Below, in pieces: positions 20,192-30,333 of a stretch of 64,000 bases of DNA. The notes below the pieces were generated by a model, which was not told the origin of the DNA, did not search any database, and saw only the letters and a program-made list of their open reading frames with translations. Position 1 is the first letter of the stretch. Every line of letters starts with the position of its first letter. This stretch comes from an uncultured Clostridium sp. (GTDB lineage: Bacteria > Bacillota_I > Bacilli_A > RF39 > UBA660), in NCBI GenBank assembly GCA_902493795.1, contig CABUQZ010000001.1, forward strand, positions 104,963 through 168,962, written 5' to 3'. The translations under genes and the position numbers were made by a program.

Positions 20192-21283
20192 ATGTTTAAT
20201 GATTACTTAGATCAAATATTCCTACTTGTCCTTACAACATTTGTTTTCACAGCACTTATTATGCCATTTACAATCAAGATAGCTAACCATATAGGTGCTA
20301 TTGATGTACCTAAAGATGATAGACGTGTTCATAGTAAACCAATACCTAAACTAGGTGGACTAGGAATATTTATAGGCTTTCTTTTTGGGTATATGTTATT
20401 TGGAATACAAAGTGTTAAAATGAACTCAATATTAATAAGCAGTTTTGTTATTATCTTATATGGAATAATAGATGATATAAAAACTCTTGATGCCAAATAC
20501 GAGCTTTTAGGACAAATAGTTGCAGCAAGTATAGTGGTATTTTATGGACAAATTCTTTTAACAGAAATAACGATATTTAATAATACAATCGATTTTGGAA
20601 TATTTTCATATCCAATAACAATGTTTTTTATTTTAGGATGTACTAATGTAATAAGATTGATAGATGGAATAGATGGATTGAGTTCTGGAATATCCTCAAT
20701 ATTTTATTTAACAATTGGAATTATTGCCTTCTTTCAAGGAAGGGTAGAAACTCTTGAAATAACATTATCATTTATTATGTTGGGGGCAACAGCAGGTTTT
20801 TTAGTTCACAATTTTTATCCCGCTTCATTATTTGCAGGAGAAGCTGGTTCAGCTTTTATGGGATTTACTATAGCAATAATTTCCCTTCTTGGATATAAAG
20901 GGACATTATTAACATCTTTTATAGTACCTTTATTAATCCTTGCAGTACCTATTTTAGATACATTATTTGCAATAATAAGAAGAAAACTTAAAGGACAACC
21001 AATATTCAAAGCAGATAAAGAACACTTACACCATCAGTTTTTAAAAATGAATTTTTCACAAAGAAGAACAGTACTAACAATTTATGCAATTGACATATTA
21101 TTTTCTATAACATCAATTTTATATGTATTAAATGATCCATATCCAATAATGGTTTTATATATAATATTACTTGTATTAGTGATATGGTTTGTATTGCACA
21201 CTAGCATAATATCAGAAAAAATGGAAAACAAAGTTAAGCAGTTTGAAGAAAATCATAAAATAATAAAAAGGGGAAAAGAATGA
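20192..21283 (+). CDS. Undecaprenyl-phosphate GlcNAc-1-phosphate transferase family (TagO/WecA, GT4 MraY-like)
   Basis: Polytopic membrane protein with 'DVPKDDRRVHSKPIPKLGG', 'IIDDIK' and 'IDGIDGL' motifs. Confidence 0.8.
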   Translation: MFNDYLDQIFLLVLTTFVFTALIMPFTIKIANHIGAIDVPKDDRRVHSKPIPKLGGLGIFIGFLFGYMLFGIQSVKMNSILISSFVIILYGIIDDIKTLDAKYELLGQIVAASIVVFYGQILLTEITIFNNTIDFGIFSYPITMFFILGCTNVIRLIDGIDGLSSGISSIFYLTIGIIAFFQGRVETLEITLSFIMLGATAGFLVHNFYPASLFAGEAGSAFMGFTIAIISLLGYKGTLLTSFIVPLLILAVPILDTLFAIIRRKLKGQPIFKADKEHLHHQFLKMNFSQRRTVLTIYAIDILFSITSILYVLNDPYPIMVLYIILLVLVIWFVLHTSIISEKMENKVKQFEENHKIIKRGKE

Positions 21284-22005
21284 TAAACTTTATTATAAAA
21301 GATGATTATAACTGTGAAAATAAAATAATCAAAATAATAGACAGTTATATGATGAACTACGATCTAGAAGTAAAATATCATTTAATTAAAAATATAGAAG
21401 AATTAAAAGAACAAGCAAACACAATAAGGGGATATAAAGTATTTATTTTAAATCCTGATACAGAAAAAGAATTAGATTTATCTTATGCCAAGTATATAAG
21501 AGAAGAACAAAATGATTGGAATTCAATTATATTACTTGTTACTAAGCATAATGAAATGAAGTATGAAGTCGTAAATAATAGACTTTTTCTTTTTGACTTT
21601 ATTTGTAAAAATAATAATTTTGAGAAAATATTAAGAGAAGACTTAGAGCATATCAAAAGAAATTATGACAATAGAGAAAAATGTCTTGTATTTGAAACCA
21701 ATAGAGTAATAAAAAGAATTGATTTTAAATGTATTGATGTAATCGAAAAAGAAAAGAATAGTAAAAGATGTATGTTAAAATCATCAGAAGGAAAATACTT
21801 TATTCCAGAAACATTAAACAAAATAGAAGAAAGACTAGACGAAAGATTTATAAAAATAAATAGAAGTTGTATTGTTAATTGTGACGTAATTAATGAAATA
21901 GACTTAAATGAAAATAAAATATATTTAAAGTGTTGTGAAGATACTTACGATATTTCAAGAGACAATAAGAAGAAAGTATCATCTTTCTTTGCTAACTACA
22001 AGTAA
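21280..22005 (+). CDS. LytTR-family DNA-binding protein with degenerate receiver-like N-terminus
   Basis: C-terminal LytTR pattern ('RIDFKCIDVIEKEKNSKRCMLKS..GKYFIPETLNKIEERLDERFIKINRSCIVN'). The N-terminal region lacks an obvious phospho-acceptor context. ATGA overlap with the upstream gene. Confidence 0.65.
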   Translation: MINFIIKDDYNCENKIIKIIDSYMMNYDLEVKYHLIKNIEELKEQANTIRGYKVFILNPDTEKELDLSYAKYIREEQNDWNSIILLVTKHNEMKYEVVNNRLFLFDFICKNNNFEKILREDLEHIKRNYDNREKCLVFETNRVIKRIDFKCIDVIEKEKNSKRCMLKSSEGKYFIPETLNKIEERLDERFIKINRSCIVNCDVINEIDLNENKIYLKCCEDTYDISRDNKKKVSSFFANYK

Positions 22006-22150
22006 AACAAAGTGTTAACAAAAATACAGAAAAAGTAATAAAAATTACGTTTTAAGGAAATTTTTATAAAATTAATCCAATAAATGATATTATGTTTACG
22101 TGCTTTTTTAAGTACAAAAAGAATTAAAAAGAAGAGAGGAGCTAGTAGAA

Positions 22151-22369
22151 GTGAGAGGTAGAGTAAAATGGTTTAATAATGAGAAAGGATACGGATTTAT
22201 TGATTATAAAGAAAATGAAGATATATTTGTTCATTATTCAGCAATAAATCAGGATGGTTATAAATCTTTAAGTGAAGGCCAATATGTAGAATTTAGATTA
22301 TTAGAAACTGGTAAAGGTTACCAAGCTCAAGATGTAAGTGTTGTAAAAGAAGCAACTACCATTAAATAG
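22151..22369 (+). CDS. Cold-shock protein (CspA family)
   Basis: '[15 protein letters not shown]' RNP1 and 'VFVHYS' RNP2. GTG start after a GAGGAG RBS. Confidence 0.9.
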   Translation: MRGRVKWFNNEKGYGFIDYKENEDIFVHYSAINQDGYKSLSEGQYVEFRLLETGKGYQAQDVSVVKEATTIK

Positions 22370-22423
22370 GTAGTTTTTTTTTTATTTTATTTGTGTTAAA
22401 ATGAATATATAGGAGGATATGAT

Positions 22424-22960
22424 ATGGAAATAGTAATACGCGGAGAAAACATTGAAGTAACTAAAGCAATTCAAGAGTACGTTAATGAAAAATTAAGTAG
22501 AATTACAAAGTACATAGGGGAAGATGAAAACCCAAGAGCAGTAGTTGTAGTAAATGTTAAAGGACATCGTCAAAAAGTAGAAGTAACTATACCTTTAAAA
22601 AATGTTATTTTAAGAGCCGAAGAAACAAGAGAGGACTTATATGCTGCAATTGATGTAGTTGTTGATAAATTAGAAAGACAAATAAGAAAGAATAAAACAA
22701 AACTACAATCTAAAAAAGTAAAAGAAAAAATGTCTAAATCATTTATGTTAGATGCTATTGAACCAGAAGAAGATAACAACGAAGGAAAAATAGTAAAAAG
22801 AAAGAAAGTTGAAGTAAAACCAATGAGTGAAGAAGAAGCAATTCTTCAAATGGAATTACTTGAACATCAATTTTATATTTTTAAAGATTCAGATACTGAC
22901 AAAATAGCAGTAGTATATCAAAGAAAAGAAGGTAATTACGGAATTATAGAATCTGAATAG
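22424..22960 (+). CDS. hpf: Ribosome hibernation-promoting factor (long HPF)
   Basis: S30AE N-terminal domain plus the C-terminal dimerisation domain 'KPMSEEEAILQMELLEHQFYIFKD'. Located upstream of secA as in Bacillus. Confidence 0.9.
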   Translation: MEIVIRGENIEVTKAIQEYVNEKLSRITKYIGEDENPRAVVVVNVKGHRQKVEVTIPLKNVILRAEETREDLYAAIDVVVDKLERQIRKNKTKLQSKKVKEKMSKSFMLDAIEPEEDNNEGKIVKRKKVEVKPMSEEEAILQMELLEHQFYIFKDSDTDKIAVVYQRKEGNYGIIESE

Positions 22961-22980
22961 TTCTGTATCGTGGGGTTATT

Positions 22981-23616
22981 ATGAGAAAAGAGAAAAAATA
23001 TTTTGCATCATTAAGAAAAGATGTTATTAAGTACAATAAGGCCTTAATTTGTGTTTTAGTATTATTTATAGCATTTTCATTAATTTGTTCTGTATCAATA
23101 TTAGACTGTAATGGAATAGATTATTATTCGTTTACAGGATCAGTAAGTAGTGAGATGTTAACATGTACTAATATGTCTAATGGGCTATTAGCCTTCTTTA
23201 TAAATAATAAAATAATAATATCAGTAATTTTGCTATTAGCAGCATTAGTTTTCTTAGTACTTCAAAAAATAGCATTGTATAAAATAAATAAGTTAGATAT
23301 AAATGAATTAGAAGAAGAAAAAGTTAATAAAACAAATCATATTTTATTGACACTATTGCTAGGATATACAGGAATTCATAAATATAAAACACAAAATAGA
23401 GTAATAGGACATATTTATTTAGTAAACTTTGTAATATTTGTTATATCTTTCTTAGTAAAAACATTTGCAGAAGAAACATTTTTAAGTTATCTAATGTTCT
23501 ATTGTATGTTTGAATTCGGAAGATTATTCTTAATTGGTATAATTATATTAAATATAGTTGAATCAATATTCTCATTAATAAGTCTAAAAGACGATGATGA
23601 AAAAATATTCGCATAA
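22981..23616 (+). CDS. Hypothetical membrane protein (TM2-like motif)
   Basis: Several TM helices. 'LLGYTGIHKYKTQNRVIG' resembles the TM2 G..G.H.FY motif. Confidence 0.35.
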   Translation: MRKEKKYFASLRKDVIKYNKALICVLVLFIAFSLICSVSILDCNGIDYYSFTGSVSSEMLTCTNMSNGLLAFFINNKIIISVILLLAALVFLVLQKIALYKINKLDINELEEEKVNKTNHILLTLLLGYTGIHKYKTQNRVIGHIYLVNFVIFVISFLVKTFAEETFLSYLMFYCMFEFGRLFLIGIIILNIVESIFSLISLKDDDEKIFA

Positions 23617-23692
23617 GAAAGCATTGTAAAATGCTTTTTTTCTTTTAAATCAAGCGATTATTTGGTACAATACTTATTATGGAGATGATAGA

Positions 23693-26182
23693 ATGAATAT
23701 TTTTAAAAAATTATTCGACCATGAATATAAAGAATTAAAAAAGTTTGAAGCTTTAGCAGATAAAGTAGAAGCATTAGATAATGATTATCAAAAGTTATCT
23801 GATGAAGAATTAAAAGCAAAGACTGAAGAATTTAAAAAAAGATTAAATAACGGAGAAACACTAGATGACATCTTGCCAGAAGCTTTTGCAACTGCAAGAG
23901 AAGCAGCATTTCGTGTCATAGGGCTTAAACCATTTAGAGTACAAATTATAGGTGGTATTGCATTACACTATGGTAATATTGCTGAGATGAAAACAGGTGA
24001 AGGAAAGACACTTGTAGCAACAATGCCTGCTTACTTAAACGCATTAAGTGGAGAAGGTGTTCATATTATCACAGTAAACGAATATCTAGCAAGCCGTGAT
24101 AGTGATTGGATGGGAGCTATTCATAAGTTTTTAGGATTAACAGTTGGAACAAACTTAAGAAGTCTTTCACCAAGCGAGAAAAAAGAACAGTATAATTGCG
24201 ATATATTATATTCAACAAATAATGAATTAGGTTTCGACTACTTAAGAGATAATATGGTAGTAAAGAAAGAAAATAGAGTTCAAAGAAAATTAAACTTTGT
24301 TATTATCGATGAAGCTGACTCTGTATTAATCGATGAAGCAAGAACACCTCTAATTATTTCTGGTGGAGAAATGAAAAGTGCATCTTTATATACAGATGCT
24401 GATAGCTTTGTAAAAAGACTAACAGAAGAAGAAGACTTCTTATACGATGAAAAAACAAAAGGAGTTACTTTAACTGAAGAAGGAATTAAAAAAGCAGAAA
24501 AGCACTTTAAAGTTGATAACTTATACGATCTAGAACAAACAACTTTAGTACACTATATTAATCAAGCTCTAAAAGCAAATTACAGTATGAGAAAAGATGT
24601 TGATTATGTAGTACAAGATGGAGAAATTATAATCGTTGACCAATTCACTGGACGTCTTATGAAAGGACGTGCTTATAGTGATGGACTTCATCAAGCAATT
24701 CAAGCTAAAGAAGGAGTAAGAATTGAACAGGAAACTAAAACACTTGCAACTATAACTTTCCAAAACTTATTCAGAATGTATAAAAAGATTTCAGGAATGA
24801 CTGGAACAGCTAAAACAGAAGAAGAAGAATTTAGAAATATTTATAATATGTATGTTATATCTATTCCTACAAATAAAGAAGTTATAAGAGATGATGAACC
24901 AGATTTAATCTATTCAACTCAAGCAGGAAAATATAAAGCACTTATGGATGCAATTGAAGAAAGACATAAAGCTGGACAACCAGTTCTTGTTGGTACAATT
25001 GCAATCGAAACAAACGAATTAATAGATAACTTATTAAATAAAAGAAAAATACCTCATGAAGTATTAAATGCTAAAAACCATGCTCGTGAAGCAGAAATAA
25101 TTGCTAAAGCAGGAGAAAAAGGATCAGTTACAATTGCAACTAATATGGCAGGACGTGGAACTGACATTAAACTTGGTGAAGGCGTAAAAGAACTAGGTGG
25201 ACTTTGTGTATTTGGTACAGAACGTCACGAATCTCGTCGTATCGATAACCAGTTACGTGGTCGTTCAGGACGTCAAGGAGATCCTGGATATACTCAATTC
25301 TTCGTATCAATGGAAGACGAATTAATGGTAAGATTTGGTAGTGAAAGAATTAAAAGAACTATGCAAACTCTAGGATTAAAAGAAGATCAACCAATTCAAA
25401 GTAAGATGTTTTCTAAAGCATTAACAACAGCTCAAGCAAGAGTTGAAGGAAATAACTTTGATATAAGAAAATCTTTACTTCAATATGACGATGTAATGAA
25501 TAATCAAAGAGAAATAATGTATAGAAGAAGAAATGAAATTCTTGATAATGAATCTATTCATGATACTGTTCTAAATATAATGGAAAATTATATTTCAACA
25601 TTAGTAAATAGTCATTTAGAAACAGAAACAAAATTAACTGAAGATGATATTAAAGAAATCGTTTCATTCGTAAATGAAAGATTATTAAAAAATGATATAG
25701 ATGCTAAAATATTAAAAGATAAGAGTACAGACGATATAATTGATTTAATTTATAATCATTTAGTAGAAGAATATGAAGAAAAGATAAAAGATGTTCCAAG
25801 AGAAATAACAGATGAATTTGAAAAAGTTATTACTTTAAATGTTATTGATAAGTATTGGACAGAACATATTAATACAATGTCTCATTTAAGAGAAGGTATC
25901 CATCTTAGAAGTTATGGACAAACTGATCCATTAACAGCATATTCAGTTGAAGGATTTAGAATGTTTGATGAAATGAATGATAAAATTGATAAAGAAGTAT
26001 CAACATTCTTAATGAGAGCAGAGGTTAAACAAAATCTTGAAAGAAAAGAAGTTAGCAAAAATAAAATAGCAAATGATGGAAAAGATCCAGTAGTAAATCG
26101 CGCTAAAAAGACAAAAGTTGGAAGAAATGACCCATGTCCATGTGGCAGTGGCAAGAAGTATAAGCAATGTTGTGGTAAATAA
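23693..26182 (+). CDS. secA: Preprotein translocase ATPase SecA
   Basis: 'MKTGEGKTLVATMPAYLNAL', 'IIDEADSVLIDEARTPLIISG', 'TNMAGRGTDIKLG', and a C-terminal Zn-finger 'CPCGSGKKYKQCCG'. Confidence 0.97.
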   Translation: MNIFKKLFDHEYKELKKFEALADKVEALDNDYQKLSDEELKAKTEEFKKRLNNGETLDDILPEAFATAREAAFRVIGLKPFRVQIIGGIALHYGNIAEMKTGEGKTLVATMPAYLNALSGEGVHIITVNEYLASRDSDWMGAIHKFLGLTVGTNLRSLSPSEKKEQYNCDILYSTNNELGFDYLRDNMVVKKENRVQRKLNFVIIDEADSVLIDEARTPLIISGGEMKSASLYTDADSFVKRLTEEEDFLYDEKTKGVTLTEEGIKKAEKHFKVDNLYDLEQTTLVHYINQALKANYSMRKDVDYVVQDGEIIIVDQFTGRLMKGRAYSDGLHQAIQAKEGVRIEQETKTLATITFQNLFRMYKKISGMTGTAKTEEEEFRNIYNMYVISIPTNKEVIRDDEPDLIYSTQAGKYKALMDAIEERHKAGQPVLVGTIAIETNELIDNLLNKRKIPHEVLNAKNHAREAEIIAKAGEKGSVTIATNMAGRGTDIKLGEGVKELGGLCVFGTERHESRRIDNQLRGRSGRQGDPGYTQFFVSMEDELMVRFGSERIKRTMQTLGLKEDQPIQSKMFSKALTTAQARVEGNNFDIRKSLLQYDDVMNNQREIMYRRRNEILDNESIHDTVLNIMENYISTLVNSHLETETKLTEDDIKEIVSFVNERLLKNDIDAKILKDKSTDDIIDLIYNHLVEEYEEKIKDVPREITDEFEKVITLNVIDKYWTEHINTMSHLREGIHLRSYGQTDPLTAYSVEGFRMFDEMNDKIDKEVSTFLMRAEVKQNLERKEVSKNKIANDGKDPVVNRAKKTKVGRNDPCPCGSGKKYKQCCGK

Positions 26183-26389
26183 CTCGTAAAGTCCCATGAA
26201 TAAAGGGAAAACACGAGTTTTTCTTTTTATCAAAAAATAGCCCAAAATAGGAGTTGGAGCCACTTTGGAGCCATTTTGATTTAGATATTTGACTATATTA
26301 CCATTTAAGATCGTAAAATAGTAATATTGCGATGTAATTTTAAATCTAAAATTATGGTATAATACTATATAAGAAAGTCTGGTGAAAAT

Positions 26390-27247
26390 ATGAATTGGAG
26401 TGAGTCTATAAAGGCTGCAATAGATTATATTGAGGATAATTTAACTAATGATATTACAATAAATGATATTTCAAAAAAATGTTATATATCACCATATTAT
26501 TTTCAAAAAGGATTTGCTATGTTATGTGGATATTCAGTGAGTGAATATATAAGAAATAGAAGATTATCTTTAGCTGGGTTAGAGTTATTAAATACAGATA
26601 ATAAAATAATCGATATAGCTTTAAAATATGGCTATGATTCACCAGATAGTTTTACGAAAGCATTTAAGAGATTTCATGGTACAACTCCAATTGATATTAG
26701 AAATAAAAAAGGAACTATTAAAGATTTTTCACCACTAAAAATAAATATTTCATTAGATGGTGGTTATATCTTAGATTATAGAATAGAAGATAAAGAAACG
26801 TTTAGCATTATAGGTCTTAAGAATAGTATTGATTATAAAAAAGCTAAAACAGAAGTTGAAAAAAGTTGGAAAACATTTTTTATAAAAAATATGTTAGGTA
26901 AATTAAAACCTAAATATGAAGTGAATGTTGATAAAAACATGCGTGGAGATTATTTTGATTATATTATTGGCGATGATTATAATCCAAATAATAAGTATTC
27001 AAAAAATTATGAAGTAATAAATATTCCTAAATTTACTTGGGCAATATTTCCATGTATTGGTAAAGCTAGTGAAAGTATTAAAGATATTAATGAAAAAATA
27101 TTTAAGGAATGGTTAGCAAATAATAATAATTATTCTATAGCTGATGGATATAATATTGTAATGTATTCTAATCCAAAAGAATATAAAAATGGCATTAATG
27201 ATGAAAAATATTATTGTGAAATATGGATACCTGTAATAAAGAAATAG
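26390..27247 (+). CDS. AraC-family regulator with GyrI-like effector-binding domain
   Basis: N-terminal AraC HTH ('ISKKCYISPYYFQKGF', 'DIALKYGYDSPDSFTKAFKRFHGTTP') plus a C-terminal GyrI/Rob-like domain. Confidence 0.8.
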   Translation: MNWSESIKAAIDYIEDNLTNDITINDISKKCYISPYYFQKGFAMLCGYSVSEYIRNRRLSLAGLELLNTDNKIIDIALKYGYDSPDSFTKAFKRFHGTTPIDIRNKKGTIKDFSPLKINISLDGGYILDYRIEDKETFSIIGLKNSIDYKKAKTEVEKSWKTFFIKNMLGKLKPKYEVNVDKNMRGDYFDYIIGDDYNPNNKYSKNYEVINIPKFTWAIFPCIGKASESIKDINEKIFKEWLANNNNYSIADGYNIVMYSNPKEYKNGINDEKYYCEIWIPVIKK

Positions 27248-27319
27248 ACAAAAGAGTGCTAAAAAAGACGGGTATTCTTTTTTTGTTATTGTTATAATTT
27301 ATTGACAGTGGAGGTGTTT

Positions 27320-28342
27320 ATGGAAGAAAAAATAAGATTAGTAGTTGCAGAAGAATATAGCAATATACTTGGAATAGTCGCTTATAAAGATAATGAAAAA
27401 GTATATGAAGAATATTTTAGAGGAGCAACAAAAGATGAATCGGTTCATGCTTTTTCAATGTGTAAAAGTTTAGTATCAATTCTTATTGGAATAGCAATAG
27501 ATAAAGGATATATTGAAAGTGTTCATCAAAAGGTGTTAGATTTTTTTCCTGATTATAAGCTTAAAAGAAATCAAGAACAATTAAAGAATGTAACAATAGA
27601 AGATTTTTTAACTATGAGAGTTCCTTATAAATTTAAGTATGAACCTTATACTAAAGTATGGGGGAAATGTCTTGATTGGGGAAAACCAATTCTTGAGCTT
27701 GTAGGTGGTAAAGAAAAAATAGGAGAACATTTTCATTATTCAACTGTGGGTATTCAAATACTTTCTAATATACTTGCAAAAGCAACAGGTAAGAATATGA
27801 AAGAATTTGCTACAGAATATTTATTTAAACCATTAGGTATAAAGGAAGTAGCTGATGCACCAATTCATGATAAAGAATCACAAGATCATTTTTATAAGAC
27901 AAGAGATATAAGAGGTTGGGCTAAAGATCCAAGTGGAAATTATACAACTGGCTGGGGATTATCTATTACAACTGAAGAATGGGCTAAGATAGGTTTATTA
28001 GTACTAAATAAAGGCATGTATAATAATCAAAGAATAGTATCTGAAGAATATATTAATGAAATGGTTATTGAAAGAGAAAAAAATTATGGCTATTTATGGT
28101 GGATATATCCTAAAAATCAAGTAATGAAAATAATAAGAAAAGAATATAAGACTGGAAAATATGATTCATATTGTGCCAATGGAGTTGGTGGCTCACTTAT
28201 ATCAGTAATACCAGAAAAAAATATAGTTATATGCATAACATCTTCTTTAGTATTTAATCCAAAAATTAGAAGTGAGTTAATTAATAACTATTTATTACCA
28301 TATATTGAAACAAAAGAAACTACCAAAGTTTTAAAGAAATAA
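27320..28342 (+). CDS. Serine hydrolase, beta-lactamase/PBP4* (class C-like) family
   Basis: 'FSMCKS' SxxK motif near the N-terminus; about 340 aa. ATG at 27320 follows a GGAGG RBS. Confidence 0.7.
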   Translation: MEEKIRLVVAEEYSNILGIVAYKDNEKVYEEYFRGATKDESVHAFSMCKSLVSILIGIAIDKGYIESVHQKVLDFFPDYKLKRNQEQLKNVTIEDFLTMRVPYKFKYEPYTKVWGKCLDWGKPILELVGGKEKIGEHFHYSTVGIQILSNILAKATGKNMKEFATEYLFKPLGIKEVADAPIHDKESQDHFYKTRDIRGWAKDPSGNYTTGWGLSITTEEWAKIGLLVLNKGMYNNQRIVSEEYINEMVIEREKNYGYLWWIYPKNQVMKIIRKEYKTGKYDSYCANGVGGSLISVIPEKNIVICITSSLVFNPKIRSELINNYLLPYIETKETTKVLKK

Positions 28343-28376
28343 CACATCGTAAGATTAAGATATTCCCGTTCCAACT

Positions 28377-28401
28377 GATGAGAGAAATCTCATCTTTTTT
28401 T
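28377..28401 (+). terminator. Rho-independent terminator (nested inside a 13-bp inverted repeat)
   Basis: GATGAGA-gaaa-TCTCATC followed by T7. Confidence 0.65.
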
Positions 28402-28490
28402 AGTAATCTTGCGATGCTTTACTTTTGTATAAAATAGGTATATAATTAAGTATGAAAAGTATAACTTGTTATACTTTAAAGGAGGCATAT

Positions 28491-28688
28491 ATGAAAGATA
28501 AATTTGTGGGTATTGCTAAAGTTGGAGAAAAAGGACAAATAGTAATTCCTAAAGAAGCAAGAGATATGTTTGATATTAAACCTGGAGATACTGTTGTAGT
28601 TTTATGTGATAAAAAGAAAGGAATGGCTATTGTTAAATCTGAAGTATTAGAAGATACTATGGATAAAATTATGCCAGATGGTAAATAA
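28491..28688 (+). CDS. AbrB/MazE/SpoVT-family DNA-binding protein
   Basis: 'GIAKVGEKGQIVIPKEARDMFDIKPGDTVVV' swapped-hairpin SpoVT-AbrB motif. AGGAGG RBS before the ATG at 28491. Confidence 0.7.
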   Translation: MKDKFVGIAKVGEKGQIVIPKEARDMFDIKPGDTVVVLCDKKKGMAIVKSEVLEDTMDKIMPDGK

Positions 28689-29412
28689 TATGTATTCAAT
28701 TGAAACAAAGAAATTAACTAAAAAGTTTAAAGATAAAATTGCAGTAAATGGAATAGATTTAAATATTAAACAAGGTGAATTATTTGCACTTTTAGGAACT
28801 AATGGTGCTGGAAAAACTACAACAATTAAAATGTTATCAGGATTAATATTACCAACTTCTGGAAGTATTAAAATCCTTGATATGGATATGAAAAAAGATA
28901 TATTTAAAATAAAAGAAATATTAAATGTTTCACCACAAGAAACTGCTATTGCTCCAAATTTAACCGTAAAAGAAAACTTAGAATTTATGGCTGGAGTTTA
29001 TCAGATAAAAGATAAAGATAAAAAGATTAATGAATTAATTAAAATGTTTAAATTAGATGAAGTATTAAACAAAAGATCAAAAACTTTATCTGGTGGATGG
29101 CAAAGAAAAGTATCTATTGCAATAAGCTTAATTAATGATCCTAAAATATTATTTTTAGATGAACCTACACTTGGTTTAGATGTTATTGCAAGAAAAGAAT
29201 TATGGAAAGTTATTTATGAATTAAAAGGTAAAATAACAATAATTTTAACAACTCATTATATGGAAGAAGCAGAAAGTTTATCAGATAGAATCGGTATAAT
29301 GGCAAATGGTAATATTGTTGAAGTTGGAACCTCTAAAGAATTAATCAATAAAACTAAAGCTAAAAATTTTGAAGATGCCTTTGTATCAATTGCAACTGGA
29401 GGTGAGTTATAA
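28678..29412 (+). CDS. ABC transporter ATP-binding protein (ABC-2 exporter type)
   Basis: Walker A 'GTNGAGKTT', signature 'LSGGWQRK', Walker B 'ILFLDEPT'. The start may be the ATG at 28690. Confidence 0.85.
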   Translation: MVNNMYSIETKKLTKKFKDKIAVNGIDLNIKQGELFALLGTNGAGKTTTIKMLSGLILPTSGSIKILDMDMKKDIFKIKEILNVSPQETAIAPNLTVKENLEFMAGVYQIKDKDKKINELIKMFKLDEVLNKRSKTLSGGWQRKVSIAISLINDPKILFLDEPTLGLDVIARKELWKVIYELKGKITIILTTHYMEEAESLSDRIGIMANGNIVEVGTSKELINKTKAKNFEDAFVSIATGGEL

Positions 29413-30143
29413 TGAGAATGATTAATTTTGCTAGAAGAAATTTTAAAGAATTAATTAGAGATCCTTTAAGTTTAGTATTTGAAATAGCATTGCCAATATT
29501 TTTATTATTTATATTTCAGCAAATAAAAATACCTGGAGATACATATAAGCTTGAAAATTTTACTCCTGGAATCATTATATTTGGATTTTCTTTTATTACT
29601 TTATTTACATCAACATTAGTAGCAAAAGACAGAGGATCATCATTATTGATAAGACTTGGAACTTCACCAATGAAATCAAGTGATTATATTTTAGGATATA
29701 TATTATCTTTAATACCAATCATCATTATACAAGATTCATTATTTTTTATAGTTGCTTGTTTATTAGGGTTAAATATTAGTATAAATATAATATTAACTAT
29801 TATAGCATCAATATTTGTTTCAATATTATTTATAGCATTTGGGATATTAATTGGTAGCCTGGTAAGTGAAAAAGCATCAGGTGGAGTTGGAAGTATTATT
29901 GTACAGCTAGTTTGTTTTACTAGTGGAATGTATTTCTCAAAAGATTTAATTGGAAATGGATTTGCAAAATTATGTGAATTATTACCTTTTGAAAGTGCTT
30001 TGAATATAATTAAGGGTGTATTAAATAACAATTATGATATTTTATCAACAAGAAATATAATTTTATTTGTTGCCTATACAATAATCATATTGATACTATC
30101 TATTATAGTATTTAAAAGGAAAATGATTGGTGATAATAAGTAA
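29412..30143 (+). CDS. ABC-2 family transporter permease
   Basis: Six predicted TM helices. ATGA overlap with the ATPase gene. Confidence 0.7.
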   Translation: MRMINFARRNFKELIRDPLSLVFEIALPIFLLFIFQQIKIPGDTYKLENFTPGIIIFGFSFITLFTSTLVAKDRGSSLLIRLGTSPMKSSDYILGYILSLIPIIIIQDSLFFIVACLLGLNISINIILTIIASIFVSILFIAFGILIGSLVSEKASGGVGSIIVQLVCFTSGMYFSKDLIGNGFAKLCELLPFESALNIIKGVLNNNYDILSTRNIILFVAYTIIILILSIIVFKRKMIGDNK

Positions 30144-30166
30144 TCGTAAGATTAAGATATACAGAG

Positions 30167-30185
30167 CGGATGAAAATCCGTTTTT
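30167..30185 (+). terminator. Rho-independent terminator
   Basis: CGGAT-gaaa-ATCCG followed by TTTTT. Confidence 0.55.
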
Positions 30186-30333
30186 GTAAGGTATAATATA
30201 AAGTGTAAGACAAATAGTAATTTGTAAGTATGTAAATATATTTTGACATTCTATTTAAGAAATGTCAAAAGACTTTGATAGACGAAAAAGAATATAAATA
30301 TTATACTTGTTTCAAAAGGAGGAATATATTTAT

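Noticed and set aside
26254-26273. Direct repeat TTGGAGCCA x2 (26254-26262, 26265-26273) after secA, considered as an att site or operator
   Set aside because: It is a single short occurrence with no partner copy elsewhere in the window, and chance cannot be excluded. It is noted only as lying at the backbone/cassette boundary.
28491-29412. AbrB/MazE-like gene as the antitoxin of a toxin-antitoxin pair
   Set aside because: The downstream overlapping gene is a canonical ABC ATPase followed by its ABC-2 permease, not a toxin. The protein more likely acts as a transcriptional regulator of the exporter.
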